Positions 24,536 to 32,819 of a stretch of 64,000 nucleotides of DNA are shown in pieces; the stretch's first letter is position 1, and each line of letters starts with the position of its first letter. The position numbers were made by a program, and so were the translations under genes. Source of the stretch: an uncultured bacterium (GTDB taxonomy: Bacteria; Babelota; Babeliae; Babelales; Vermiphilaceae); NCBI GenBank assembly GCA_963754845.1, contig CAVWHE010000006.1:15035-79034 (forward strand), given 5' to 3'. The notes under the pieces were generated by a model. That model worked only from the letters and a program-made list of their open reading frames with translations, ran no database searches and was not told the origin of the DNA.

Positions 24536-25063
24536 ATGAAGCTCATTAATTTTGTCGAGACCGTTCCCGAGGAATATGAGCGCGAGTATACGCTGTGGCT
24601 CATCGTATCGATCTTCATGATCACCGTCGTTTGTGTGATCATGAGTGTGATTGAGGTCCGTCAGCTTGGACGATGGCGTACGGCACATGCCGAAAATCAA
24701 AGTCGCCTGCAGGCGACGGCGACCTGTGAGCGTGAAGCTGAACACGTAAAAAAGGTTGATGCTCGCCACGCAGAGCTTAAGGAAAAGGTTGCAACCATAA
24801 GTGCATATGCCCGCAAAAATTCGCAGGCCGTCTCCCGCCTCAAGGGATTCCACGCCGCGTGTTCAACCGGCACTCGCCTTGCGTCACTTATGCTTGCACA
24901 TGAGCAGGCAACCGTTGTTATCATATGCACTACACTTGAGGACGTGCACCGCTACAGCACATCCCTTGCACACGACGCCGACACTTTCGGCACTGTTGCC
25001 CTAACGTCGATCACGTGTGCCGCTGGCAAGGGTATTACGGCGACCTTCACGTCAAAAAGCTGA
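24536..25063 (+). CDS. Single-pass membrane protein, PilN-like architecture
   Basis: The start is MKLINFVETVP (compare the INLLP motif). A TM helix (YTLWLIVSIFMITVVCVIMSVI) follows, then a coiled coil, then a small C-terminal domain. A GAGG RBS sits 7 nt upstream of ATG 24536. Confidence 0.35.
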   Translation: MKLINFVETVPEEYEREYTLWLIVSIFMITVVCVIMSVIEVRQLGRWRTAHAENQSRLQATATCEREAEHVKKVDARHAELKEKVATISAYARKNSQAVSRLKGFHAACSTGTRLASLMLAHEQATVVIICTTLEDVHRYSTSLAHDADTFGTVALTSITCAAGKGITATFTSKS

Positions 25064-25141
25064 TTTTGCACACATCGTATATGAACCATTGCAATTGCGT
25101 GACTAGACGCGCTAACATCGGGACAGGATTTATGTGGACTC

Positions 25142-26506
25142 ATGTGCAAGCGCGGCGGAACGGCAATGGTAATAGCGGTACTTGTGATGCCTTTGGTTTC
25201 ACTGCCTCTTTCATCCCTTGGCAGTGGAGATTCTTTTGCTACCAGTCGCCGTTCACCATTTTCCGTTGCCGAGGCTCTCAAAAGTGCCTACGAAAACAGG
25301 CCCGATTTCAAAAAAACGCACTTTGATATCCGCGCCCTCGAGCGGTCCCAGCGTGTTGCACTTGCCGACTATCTTCCTCATATATCGTTCAAGGCCGGGG
25401 CTGGTACAGCCTCTCCGCTAAGCTTTTTTGCACCCAAGCGCTTTGCCCAGATTGAATTTTCGCAACTACTCTATAATCCGGCAGGTCCGATCCAGAGATT
25501 TCGCATCGCACGACAGGATACACGCGTTGCCCAGTGGCAACGTAAAATCCTCGAGTACAATATTCGCGTCAACGTTGAAAGGGACGTGCTTGATCTATGG
25601 TACTCCCAGCAACGACGATGGCTCATCCTCGATTACTACATCGTCTCAAAAATGGTCTATTCTCAGGATGTTCATGAGTTTAACCTCGGCCTTTCTAACC
25701 TGAGCGCGTTCCTTCAAAAAAGGTCTGATTTTGCCAGCGCCCAGTCTCGCGCACGCCAATATTTGGAGGAAATCAGAGTTTCAAGCGAAAACCTTGAGAG
25801 GAGCGCGGCGATAACCATAAGCCCACTCACGCCGATTGATAAACAGTCTGTGAACGACCTCATTGCCGAAGCGCTACGCTCAGCGGTTACCCACACAGCA
25901 CCGGAATATTTTCAGGAAGCGGTCCTTAACCGTCGGGAACTTGATGCTATCGACGAGACCATTACAAAAGAGTCGTATTGGCAAAAATTTTACTGCAAGA
26001 GTTACTTTCCCAAAATCGCTCTTTACACAATGCTTGTCAAGTACACGTATAAGGGAAACATAGCAGCGACAATCGAAGCGAGCGTGGCAACCGGATGGAA
26101 CACCGGTCTCAGTATCAGCTGGCAGTTTGACGGCCTCGCCAATGTCTTTAATGCAAGTGCCGCCGATGAGCGCGCTTTTGCCGCCATGATGGAGCGCATC
26201 GACATGATAGCAAAGATAAAAAAAGACGTGTTCATCAACCATGCCGAGCTCCGCAAGTTTTTCAAAGATTATGTATCTGCTATCATTGACTATCGACGAG
26301 CATCCAACGAGATCAAGCTCAAGAGAAAACAGTACGAAGTTGGCCTTCTTTCCCTTGTAGAAAAAAGGCAGGCTGACGTTGTTTGGTACAAAGCCAGTTA
26401 TGATTTTTTAACAACCAAAATTAACGTTGCCAAACAATACAGAACTTTGCTCCATAGTTGCGGATATCCAGAAGCGTTGCCCACGACGGCACATAGGCGT
26501 GTATGA
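25142..26506 (+). CDS. TolC-family outer-membrane efflux protein
   Basis: 454 aa with a signal peptide. It shows a duplicated helical-repeat pattern typical of OEP proteins (ALKSAYENRPDFKKTHFDIRALERSQRVALADYLPHISFKAG...). It is the first gene of the efflux operon, with a 4-nt overlap with the next gene. Confidence 0.7.
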   Translation: MCKRGGTAMVIAVLVMPLVSLPLSSLGSGDSFATSRRSPFSVAEALKSAYENRPDFKKTHFDIRALERSQRVALADYLPHISFKAGAGTASPLSFFAPKRFAQIEFSQLLYNPAGPIQRFRIARQDTRVAQWQRKILEYNIRVNVERDVLDLWYSQQRRWLILDYYIVSKMVYSQDVHEFNLGLSNLSAFLQKRSDFASAQSRARQYLEEIRVSSENLERSAAITISPLTPIDKQSVNDLIAEALRSAVTHTAPEYFQEAVLNRRELDAIDETITKESYWQKFYCKSYFPKIALYTMLVKYTYKGNIAATIEASVATGWNTGLSISWQFDGLANVFNASAADERAFAAMMERIDMIAKIKKDVFINHAELRKFFKDYVSAIIDYRRASNEIKLKRKQYEVGLLSLVEKRQADVVWYKASYDFLTTKINVAKQYRTLLHSCGYPEALPTTAHRRV

Positions 26507-27693
26507 ACATAGTCAAAATGTTGGTGATACTTGGGGGCATCGCCACGGGGACCGCAGCAGCTGCCGGCATATACAAAGCGTTTTTTGTAAAAAAAGAGAA
26601 GCGACTTTTTGCGACAGAGAAACCGCAGCGTAGAAACATAACGCAGGCTGTTCGGGCGACGGGGTACCTTGAGACGGAAGATCTCCTTAAAATTGGCAGC
26701 ATCGTGCCTGGTATCATCAAAAAGCTCTGCGTCGAAGAAAACGAGTACGTAAAAAAAGGTGATGTGCTTGCAATCATTGACGACGGCAAGGATGATACGG
26801 AGGTTCGTGAGACAGAAGGTGCCCTCGAAGAGGCACAGGCAGCCCTCGTGTACACGACCGTGCACTATCAACGGCAAAAAACCCTCTTTGATGTCGGACA
26901 ACTTTCCAAGGACAATTTTGACAAAGTCGTGAGCGATTACGACACAGCCAAGGCGCATGTAAAATCAAAACAAGCCGCATACGAATGCGCTAAACTGACT
27001 TTCACAAACAAAACCATCCGCTCGCCTCAGGACGGCCTCATTATTGAAAAAATTTCAACCGAGGGGGAAACGGTTACTCTGGCATCGCCGGCGACGATCA
27101 TCTACACGCTAGCAAAAGACATACGCACCATGGACGTCAAACTTGAAATTGATGAAAATCGTGTCGGTCAAATCAAAAAAGGTCTCGTTGCTACTCTCAC
27201 CTTCGATACGTACCCCTACAAAAAATTCTCGGGCACCATCGCCGACATTAGCAATGCGCCCATCAAAAAACAGACGGCCGTCAATTATCACGCGACGTTT
27301 ACCATCGACAACAAGGAGCTTCTCCTGCGGCCCGGCATGACGGTTAATGCACACATCGTCGTGGCGGAAAAGGACAATGTCATAACCGTTCCCGGAGGAA
27401 TATTCGCCATCAACGACATTATTCTTGAAGAGGTTGCCAAAGCGTCGAAGTATCTCTTCAAGCCCATGACACGCCAGGCAAAGAAGGAACTTGAGAAAAA
27501 GGGCGCCTTCAAAACCGTGTGGCTTGTTGAGGACAAGGCATTCGTTGAAAAGCCCGTTGAACTCGGCATCAACGACAACGCATTTTTCGAAATAGTATCG
27601 GGGCTTACGGCAGACGAGGATATCATCGTCGACGTGGAGGAGCCAGACACGATGCAACAACTGTACAGCAAGATATTCAGCAAGGGCCTTTAG
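26503..27693 (+). CDS. HlyD/MacA-type periplasmic adaptor (membrane fusion protein)
   Basis: It has an N-terminal anchor. The lipoyl-like segment is GIIKKLCVEENEYVKKGDVLAIIDD. A coiled-coil hairpin follows, then the IRSPQDGLIIEKISTEGETV motif (compare I.AP.dG.v). A beta-barrel C-terminus completes it. Confidence 0.8.
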   Translation: MNIVKMLVILGGIATGTAAAAGIYKAFFVKKEKRLFATEKPQRRNITQAVRATGYLETEDLLKIGSIVPGIIKKLCVEENEYVKKGDVLAIIDDGKDDTEVRETEGALEEAQAALVYTTVHYQRQKTLFDVGQLSKDNFDKVVSDYDTAKAHVKSKQAAYECAKLTFTNKTIRSPQDGLIIEKISTEGETVTLASPATIIYTLAKDIRTMDVKLEIDENRVGQIKKGLVATLTFDTYPYKKFSGTIADISNAPIKKQTAVNYHATFTIDNKELLLRPGMTVNAHIVVAEKDNVITVPGGIFAINDIILEEVAKASKYLFKPMTRQAKKELEKKGAFKTVWLVEDKAFVEKPVELGINDNAFFEIVSGLTADEDIIVDVEEPDTMQQLYSKIFSKGL

Positions 27694-27694
27694 T

Positions 27695-28930
27695 GTGAAA
27701 AAGATCATTCTTCTGAAAACCTCTTTGAAAGCCATTGCGCGCCACCCGGCACGATCATTTTTGACTATTTTGGGTGTCATGGTTGGTGCCTCGGCCATCG
27801 TCGTTACCTTTTCAATAGGACGTGGAGCAGAAGATAAAATTAGGGCCCAGGTTGCCGAGATGGGCGAAGGAACGATCCTCATTTTGCCCGGAAATGTCAT
27901 AACGCCCGGCGGCACACGCTCAAGTCTTGCTCAGCCGGCACGACTCACTATCCAGGACCTGGAAGCGCTTCATGCCCAAATCGATGGCATACGTGAAATA
28001 TCGCGCGGAACGCTCGGGTACCTTCTCATGGAACGCGGCACGAGAGCCGTCAAGGAGCAAGTCATTGGTGCCGACGCCAACATCCTTAAAATATTTTGCG
28101 CAAACAAAATAAAATACGGGGTTGCATTTACCCAAGAGCACGTCACTACGCGTGCCAACGTTGTCATCATCGGATCAACGATTGCCGAAAAACTCTTTGG
28201 TGCCGAATGCGCCCTTGATAAAACCATACGCATCGGTGGGTTTCCCTTTGTCGTTATTGCGGCCATACGACCACAAGCTCACTACTTTGGCACCGATGAT
28301 CCCAACGCGCGCGTCTTCGTACCATTTACCACGGCAAAAAAATACTTCAAACAACTAGAAGAAGTTGACGATGATCTTGGGTACATAGGATTCAGCCTTT
28401 ATCATGGCGTTCCGGCAGCGCGTGTCGTACGTACGGCAAAACGCGTACTTCGCTTCCGGCACACGATAGCGCCGGCAGACGAGGACGATTTTATCGTGCT
28501 CAACCAAGAGTCGATAGCGCAAACGGCCTCGGCAGCGGGCACTATCGTCAAGCTTTTTGGGCTCATCGCAGCGTCAATTTCGCTTATTGTCGGTGGCGTT
28601 GGTGTTATGAACATCATGCTCGTGTGCGTCCAGGAGCGCAAACAGGAAATCGGGCTTCGTATCGCCGTGGGCGCAACGAGGGCCCTCGTTCAACTGCAGT
28701 TTATTCTTGAATCGGCAATACTTTGCGGCATAGGAGGCATCTTGGGCACCGCACTCGGCCTCCTCGGACAATGGGCCATTGTTACTTTTACCATTCTACC
28801 GAGCACCACCGAAATCACGCCTCTTGTCATGTCGCTCCTGGCAACCATTGCCATCGGCATTTTTTTTGGCTACTACCCGGCACGAAGGGCATCGCTTCTT
28901 GATCCTATCAGCGCACTCATGGGACGGTGA
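27695..28930 (+). CDS. MacB/LolC-type ABC permease (FtsX family) 1
   Basis: 411 aa. TM1 is followed by a ~220-aa periplasmic domain and then three C-terminal TM helices (ISLIVGGVGVMNIMLVCVQERKQEIGLRIAVGAT; FFGYYPARRASLLDPISAL). The start codon is GTG. Confidence 0.85.
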   Translation: MKKIILLKTSLKAIARHPARSFLTILGVMVGASAIVVTFSIGRGAEDKIRAQVAEMGEGTILILPGNVITPGGTRSSLAQPARLTIQDLEALHAQIDGIREISRGTLGYLLMERGTRAVKEQVIGADANILKIFCANKIKYGVAFTQEHVTTRANVVIIGSTIAEKLFGAECALDKTIRIGGFPFVVIAAIRPQAHYFGTDDPNARVFVPFTTAKKYFKQLEEVDDDLGYIGFSLYHGVPAARVVRTAKRVLRFRHTIAPADEDDFIVLNQESIAQTASAAGTIVKLFGLIAASISLIVGGVGVMNIMLVCVQERKQEIGLRIAVGATRALVQLQFILESAILCGIGGILGTALGLLGQWAIVTFTILPSTTEITPLVMSLLATIAIGIFFGYYPARRASLLDPISALMGR

Positions 28931-28933
28931 CGC

Positions 28934-30166
28934 ATGCAACTAACCGTCATTGTAAAAAGCTCCCTGAGAACGATTTTTCACCATACGGGACGTTCGCTTT
29001 TGACGGTACTAGGTATTATGATTGGCATTGCGGCGATTATCATAACATTTGCTATTGGTCGCGGCGCCGAAGAGCGCGTGAAAGGCCAGATTATGTGGAT
29101 GGGCGAAGGGGCCTGCTACATCGTTTCCGGCAATGTTATCACCCGCGGAGCTGCTCGCGCCGCCCTCTTCAAACCCGTACGATTAACCGTCGACGACATG
29201 GACGCCATTGTTCGTCAGGTAGCCGGGATCAAGGAGATATCGCGGAGCACATACACGCTTGAATTGATCGAGTACGAAGGACAGGCGACACGCGATCGCG
29301 TACTGGGCACTGATGCCAACATTCTCAAGATCAACAGAAATAAGCTCCGCCAGGGAACAACGTTCACACAGCAGCACGTGCTCAACAGGGCAAATGTTGC
29401 TATCATTGGACACAAGACCGCCGAAAAACTTTTCAGCAGCGCGTCGCCACTTGAAAAAACCATTCGCATCAGTGGCTACCCTTTTGTCGTCATCGGCGTC
29501 ATTGAGCACCAGGAGCATTTTTTTGGTCCTGACGATCCCAATGCACGCGTTTTTGTGCCCTTCACCGTCGCCAAAAAATATTTCAGCAAAAAAAATGAAT
29601 CAGAGGACGATCTCAATGCCATAGCTTTTAATTTTGATGCGAAAGTCCCGTCAGACGCTCCCTTGAGAAAAATACGACGCATCCTACGCTCTCGCCACGG
29701 CCTGAACGAAGGAGAGGAGGATGATTTCACCATCTTTGATCAGGAGTCGATCAAGAAGACCGCCGAGGACGCCATGAGAGTAATCAAGCTTCTTGGCCTC
29801 ATCGCAGCATCCATTTCCCTCATTGTCGGTGGCATCGGGGTCATGAACATTATGCTCGTTTCCGTGCAAGAACGCCGGCAGGAAATAGGCCTTCGTCTTG
29901 CCCTCGGGGCCACGCAGACGCTCGTGCGTCTGCAATTTCTTTGCGAAGCGGTCATTGTGTGCGTGCTCGGCGGCCTCATCGGCACACTTATGGGCCCGGT
30001 ACTACTTTTTATTCTTACGTGCATGACGAAGCTACCGAGTACCATCGAAGTGACGCCTCTTGTTGTTTCCCTTGCCGTTACCATTATAACAGGCGTATTC
30101 TTTGGCTATTATCCAGCACGATCAGCGGCGTTACTGAGCCCTCTTGATGCCCTCCTTGAACGGTGA
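28934..30166 (+). CDS. MacB/LolE-type ABC permease (FtsX family) 2, paralog of the preceding gene
   Basis: 410 aa, colinear with the previous permease (ISLIVGGIGVMNIMLVSVQERRQEIGLRLALGAT; FFGYYPARSAALLSPLDAL). Confidence 0.85.
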   Translation: MQLTVIVKSSLRTIFHHTGRSLLTVLGIMIGIAAIIITFAIGRGAEERVKGQIMWMGEGACYIVSGNVITRGAARAALFKPVRLTVDDMDAIVRQVAGIKEISRSTYTLELIEYEGQATRDRVLGTDANILKINRNKLRQGTTFTQQHVLNRANVAIIGHKTAEKLFSSASPLEKTIRISGYPFVVIGVIEHQEHFFGPDDPNARVFVPFTVAKKYFSKKNESEDDLNAIAFNFDAKVPSDAPLRKIRRILRSRHGLNEGEEDDFTIFDQESIKKTAEDAMRVIKLLGLIAASISLIVGGIGVMNIMLVSVQERRQEIGLRLALGATQTLVRLQFLCEAVIVCVLGGLIGTLMGPVLLFILTCMTKLPSTIEVTPLVVSLAVTIITGVFFGYYPARSAALLSPLDALLER

Positions 30167-30169
30167 TGT

Positions 30170-30880
30170 ATGGCACTTTTGTACATGCGCAACATTACTA
30201 AAACGTTCGTCACAGGCGGAGTTCCCCTGACCGTCCTCAAGGACGTCAACCTCACCATCGAGCGCGGCGAACTTCTTGCTATCACGGGACCTTCTGGCTC
30301 GGGCAAATCGACGCTCATGCATCTCATAGGATGTCTTGATACAGCAACATCAGGTACGTATACACTCGACAACAAAAATATTTCGGCATTATCGATGCGC
30401 GAGCTTGCACGCATTCGCAACGAACACATAGGTTTTGTTTTTCAAAAGTTTTTTCTCCTTTCTGATATGTGCGCCCTTGATAACGTGGCCCTCCCGCAGC
30501 TCTATGCCGGCGCAAGTGAAAAAGAAGCTCATGAAAAGGCGCGCATCCAGCTTGAGCGTTTGGGGCTCGGCCAACGCCTCACGTACTATCCCAATCAGCT
30601 TTCAGGAGGTCAGCAACAGCGCGTTGCCATCGCCCGAGCTCTCGTTAACGACCCCGACATCATCTTGGCTGACGAACCAACTGGCAACCTTGACTCGGCA
30701 ACAGGAGCGACAATTGTTAATACATTTCTTGATCTCAACGAACATCAGAATGTAACCATCATCATAGTGACACACGATCCTGGACTTGCTCACAAAACCA
30801 AACGCATCATCAGCCTCTTTGACGGCTCCATTGTTGAAGATACAAAATTTCCAAAAGCAGCGATGCCAGACGAGCCGTGA
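30170..30880 (+). CDS. ABC transporter ATP-binding protein (MacB/LolD type)
   Basis: It carries Walker [10 protein letters not shown], the signature [14 protein letters not shown] and Walker [12 protein letters not shown]. The H-loop is VTHD. Confidence 0.9.
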   Translation: MALLYMRNITKTFVTGGVPLTVLKDVNLTIERGELLAITGPSGSGKSTLMHLIGCLDTATSGTYTLDNKNISALSMRELARIRNEHIGFVFQKFFLLSDMCALDNVALPQLYAGASEKEAHEKARIQLERLGLGQRLTYYPNQLSGGQQQRVAIARALVNDPDIILADEPTGNLDSATGATIVNTFLDLNEHQNVTIIIVTHDPGLAHKTKRIISLFDGSIVEDTKFPKAAMPDEP

Positions 30881-31076
30881 ACGAGCGTAGTATTTTTAAC
30901 CTACATCGGGCAACCCTTGACCACGACTACGCCAAACAACGCGGGCTTGTTTTTATGGAAGGAGTAAGCAGCGATGGTCGCAAAGAGATTGGTGAAGGAA
31001 CCAGCCCCGGACCTATGACGTGTGTGTTCTACTTGTAGGGCATTGTTCAGAGGTCTATTATTGCAATCTGCAACCA

Positions 31077-31106
31077 TTGGTATTTTAGATGATTTTTTTG
31101 TATAAT
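31077..31106 (+). promoter_or_regulatory. Candidate sigma70-type promoter for the ankyrin gene
   Basis: TTGGTA (31077-31082), an 18-nt spacer, then TATAAT (31101-31106) preceded by TG. It lies about 35 nt upstream of ORF start 31142. Pattern match only. Confidence 0.3.
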
Positions 31107-31141
31107 TCTACACTTAGTGGCTAATTATTATTTGAGACTAT

Positions 31142-32587
31142 TTGCAGAAGGATCTATTGGTGAATTACATACTTAGACGTGTTTTGTTGTGTACCATAAT
31201 TTTCACGTGTTCGCCGTCTTTTTATGCTATGGAGCCAGGTGGTGAGACACCGCTTTGCGCAGCAGTTCGAGATGGCAACAAGGAAACGGTTGTTCAATTG
31301 CTTAATGACGGAGCTAACATAAAAGCGACAGATAACGATGGTAACCACCCTCTCCACTGGGCTTGCGCGTACGGCCATACGGAAATCGTTGAACTACTTC
31401 TTGACAGGGGGGCTAACATAGAAGCAGCAGATGGTTATGGGCGCCATGCTCTTCACCTGGCTTGCGAGTACGGCCATACGGAAACCGTCGAACTGCTTCT
31501 TGACAGGGGGGCTAACAGAGAAGCGACAAGGGCGAATGGTGCACGACCCCTCCACGGGGCATGCTGGGCGGGCAACGCGGAAATCGTTGAACTACTTCTT
31601 GCCAGGGGGGCTAACAGAGAAGCGACAGGTAGGAATGGTGCACGACCCCTCCACTGGGCATGCTGGGCGGGCAACGCGGAAATCGCTGGACTACTTCTTG
31701 CCAGAGGTGCTGACATAGAAGCGACAGGTAGGAATGGTGCACGACCCCTCCACTGGGCGTGCGGGAAAGGCCATCCTCTCCATATGGCGTGCGGGAAAGG
31801 CCATACGGAAATCGTCGAACTACTTCTTGCCAGGGGAGCTAACATAGAAGCAGCAGATAACGATGGGTGCTCTGCTCTTCACATGGCTTGCGCGTACGGC
31901 CATACGGAAACCGTCGAACTGCTTCTTGACAGGGGGGCTGACATAGAAGCAGCAGATAACGATGGTAACCGCCCTCTCCACTGTGCCTCCAAGGTAGGGG
32001 CGGAAGATATTGTTGACCTTCTCCTGCTCTATGGAGCTCATGAGGATGCCCGCGACAATGAAGGAAGAACTGCTGCCGACCTTACTTTATATCTTGAGAA
32101 ATATATCCTCATTCGCGACCGCGTCACGCGCATGCGCACGTTTTTACAGCATCTGGCCAAAGCCAATCTGGAAGAAGCAAAGAGTGCATTCAGGGATCTC
32201 GGTCAGCCTGGCACACATTACAATCTTCATGGCAGGGATGGCAGGACACCACTGCATTATGCCGTACGTAACGCCGGCAGATGCGAGAGCATCAGCAACA
32301 GCTGGGTAAAGCTTGTTAGCGCTCTTATTGATCGAGCGGTCGATGTTAATGTCCGCGATTGTGATGGCAATACGCCGCTTCATTACGCCGTGTTTAATGA
32401 AAATGCTCTCCTTACCCGTTTTCTCGTTGCACGCGGTGCACGCGTTGATGTGCAAAACCGTGAAGGTATTTCACCTATGTCGGCAAATGCAAGTTTTTTC
32501 ATGAATTATGTCTTCGGCTCAGCACGTGCCATTAAAGATGTTGAAAGTTCGAGCTCCTTGAGTGGTGCCGGTGCTCACCAAAAATAA
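31142..32587 (+). CDS. Ankyrin-repeat protein with N-terminal signal-like segment
   Basis: At least 9 ANK repeats (G..PLH.A...GH.E.VELLL.RGAN.EA). The N-terminus reads LLCTIIFTCSPSFYA. A non-ANK C-terminal third also contains two more ANK units. The ORF start as listed is a TTG codon. Confidence 0.85.
   Translation: MQKDLLVNYILRRVLLCTIIFTCSPSFYAMEPGGETPLCAAVRDGNKETVVQLLNDGANIKATDNDGNHPLHWACAYGHTEIVELLLDRGANIEAADGYGRHALHLACEYGHTETVELLLDRGANREATRANGARPLHGACWAGNAEIVELLLARGANREATGRNGARPLHWACWAGNAEIAGLLLARGADIEATGRNGARPLHWACGKGHPLHMACGKGHTEIVELLLARGANIEAADNDGCSALHMACAYGHTETVELLLDRGADIEAADNDGNRPLHCASKVGAEDIVDLLLLYGAHEDARDNEGRTAADLTLYLEKYILIRDRVTRMRTFLQHLAKANLEEAKSAFRDLGQPGTHYNLHGRDGRTPLHYAVRNAGRCESISNSWVKLVSALIDRAVDVNVRDCDGNTPLHYAVFNENALLTRFLVARGARVDVQNREGISPMSANASFFMNYVFGSARAIKDVESSSSLSGAGAHQK
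31408..31850 (+). repeat. Near-identical 99-bp tandem repeats encoding ANK units, including one truncated/duplicated unit
   Basis: The peptide units GANREATRANGARPLHGACWAGNAEIVELLLAR, GANREATGRNGARPLHWACWAGNAEIAGLLLAR and GADIEATGRNGARPLHWACGKGH are almost identical at the DNA level. An out-of-register 27-nt duplication (PLHWACGKGH PLHMACGKGH) is also present. Confidence 0.7.
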
Positions 32588-32819
32588 GTAAAGTTTGGGG
32601 GCGGTGGGTGAGATCGGAGGCTCTGAAACCGCCCTTATTTCCTTGGCTATCCATGTGAGAAGATGCAGAACATAGCTTCATAGCGCAGGGTGCTTTTGTT
32701 CATTCATTCACCGCAACTCACGCAAACTCGATAATCTTTGGCATCACGTTATAGTCGAGCTTTGCTTGATTTTTCCCTTATAATTTGATGCCAAGATTTA
32801 TCGAGTTCGCGTTCATTAC

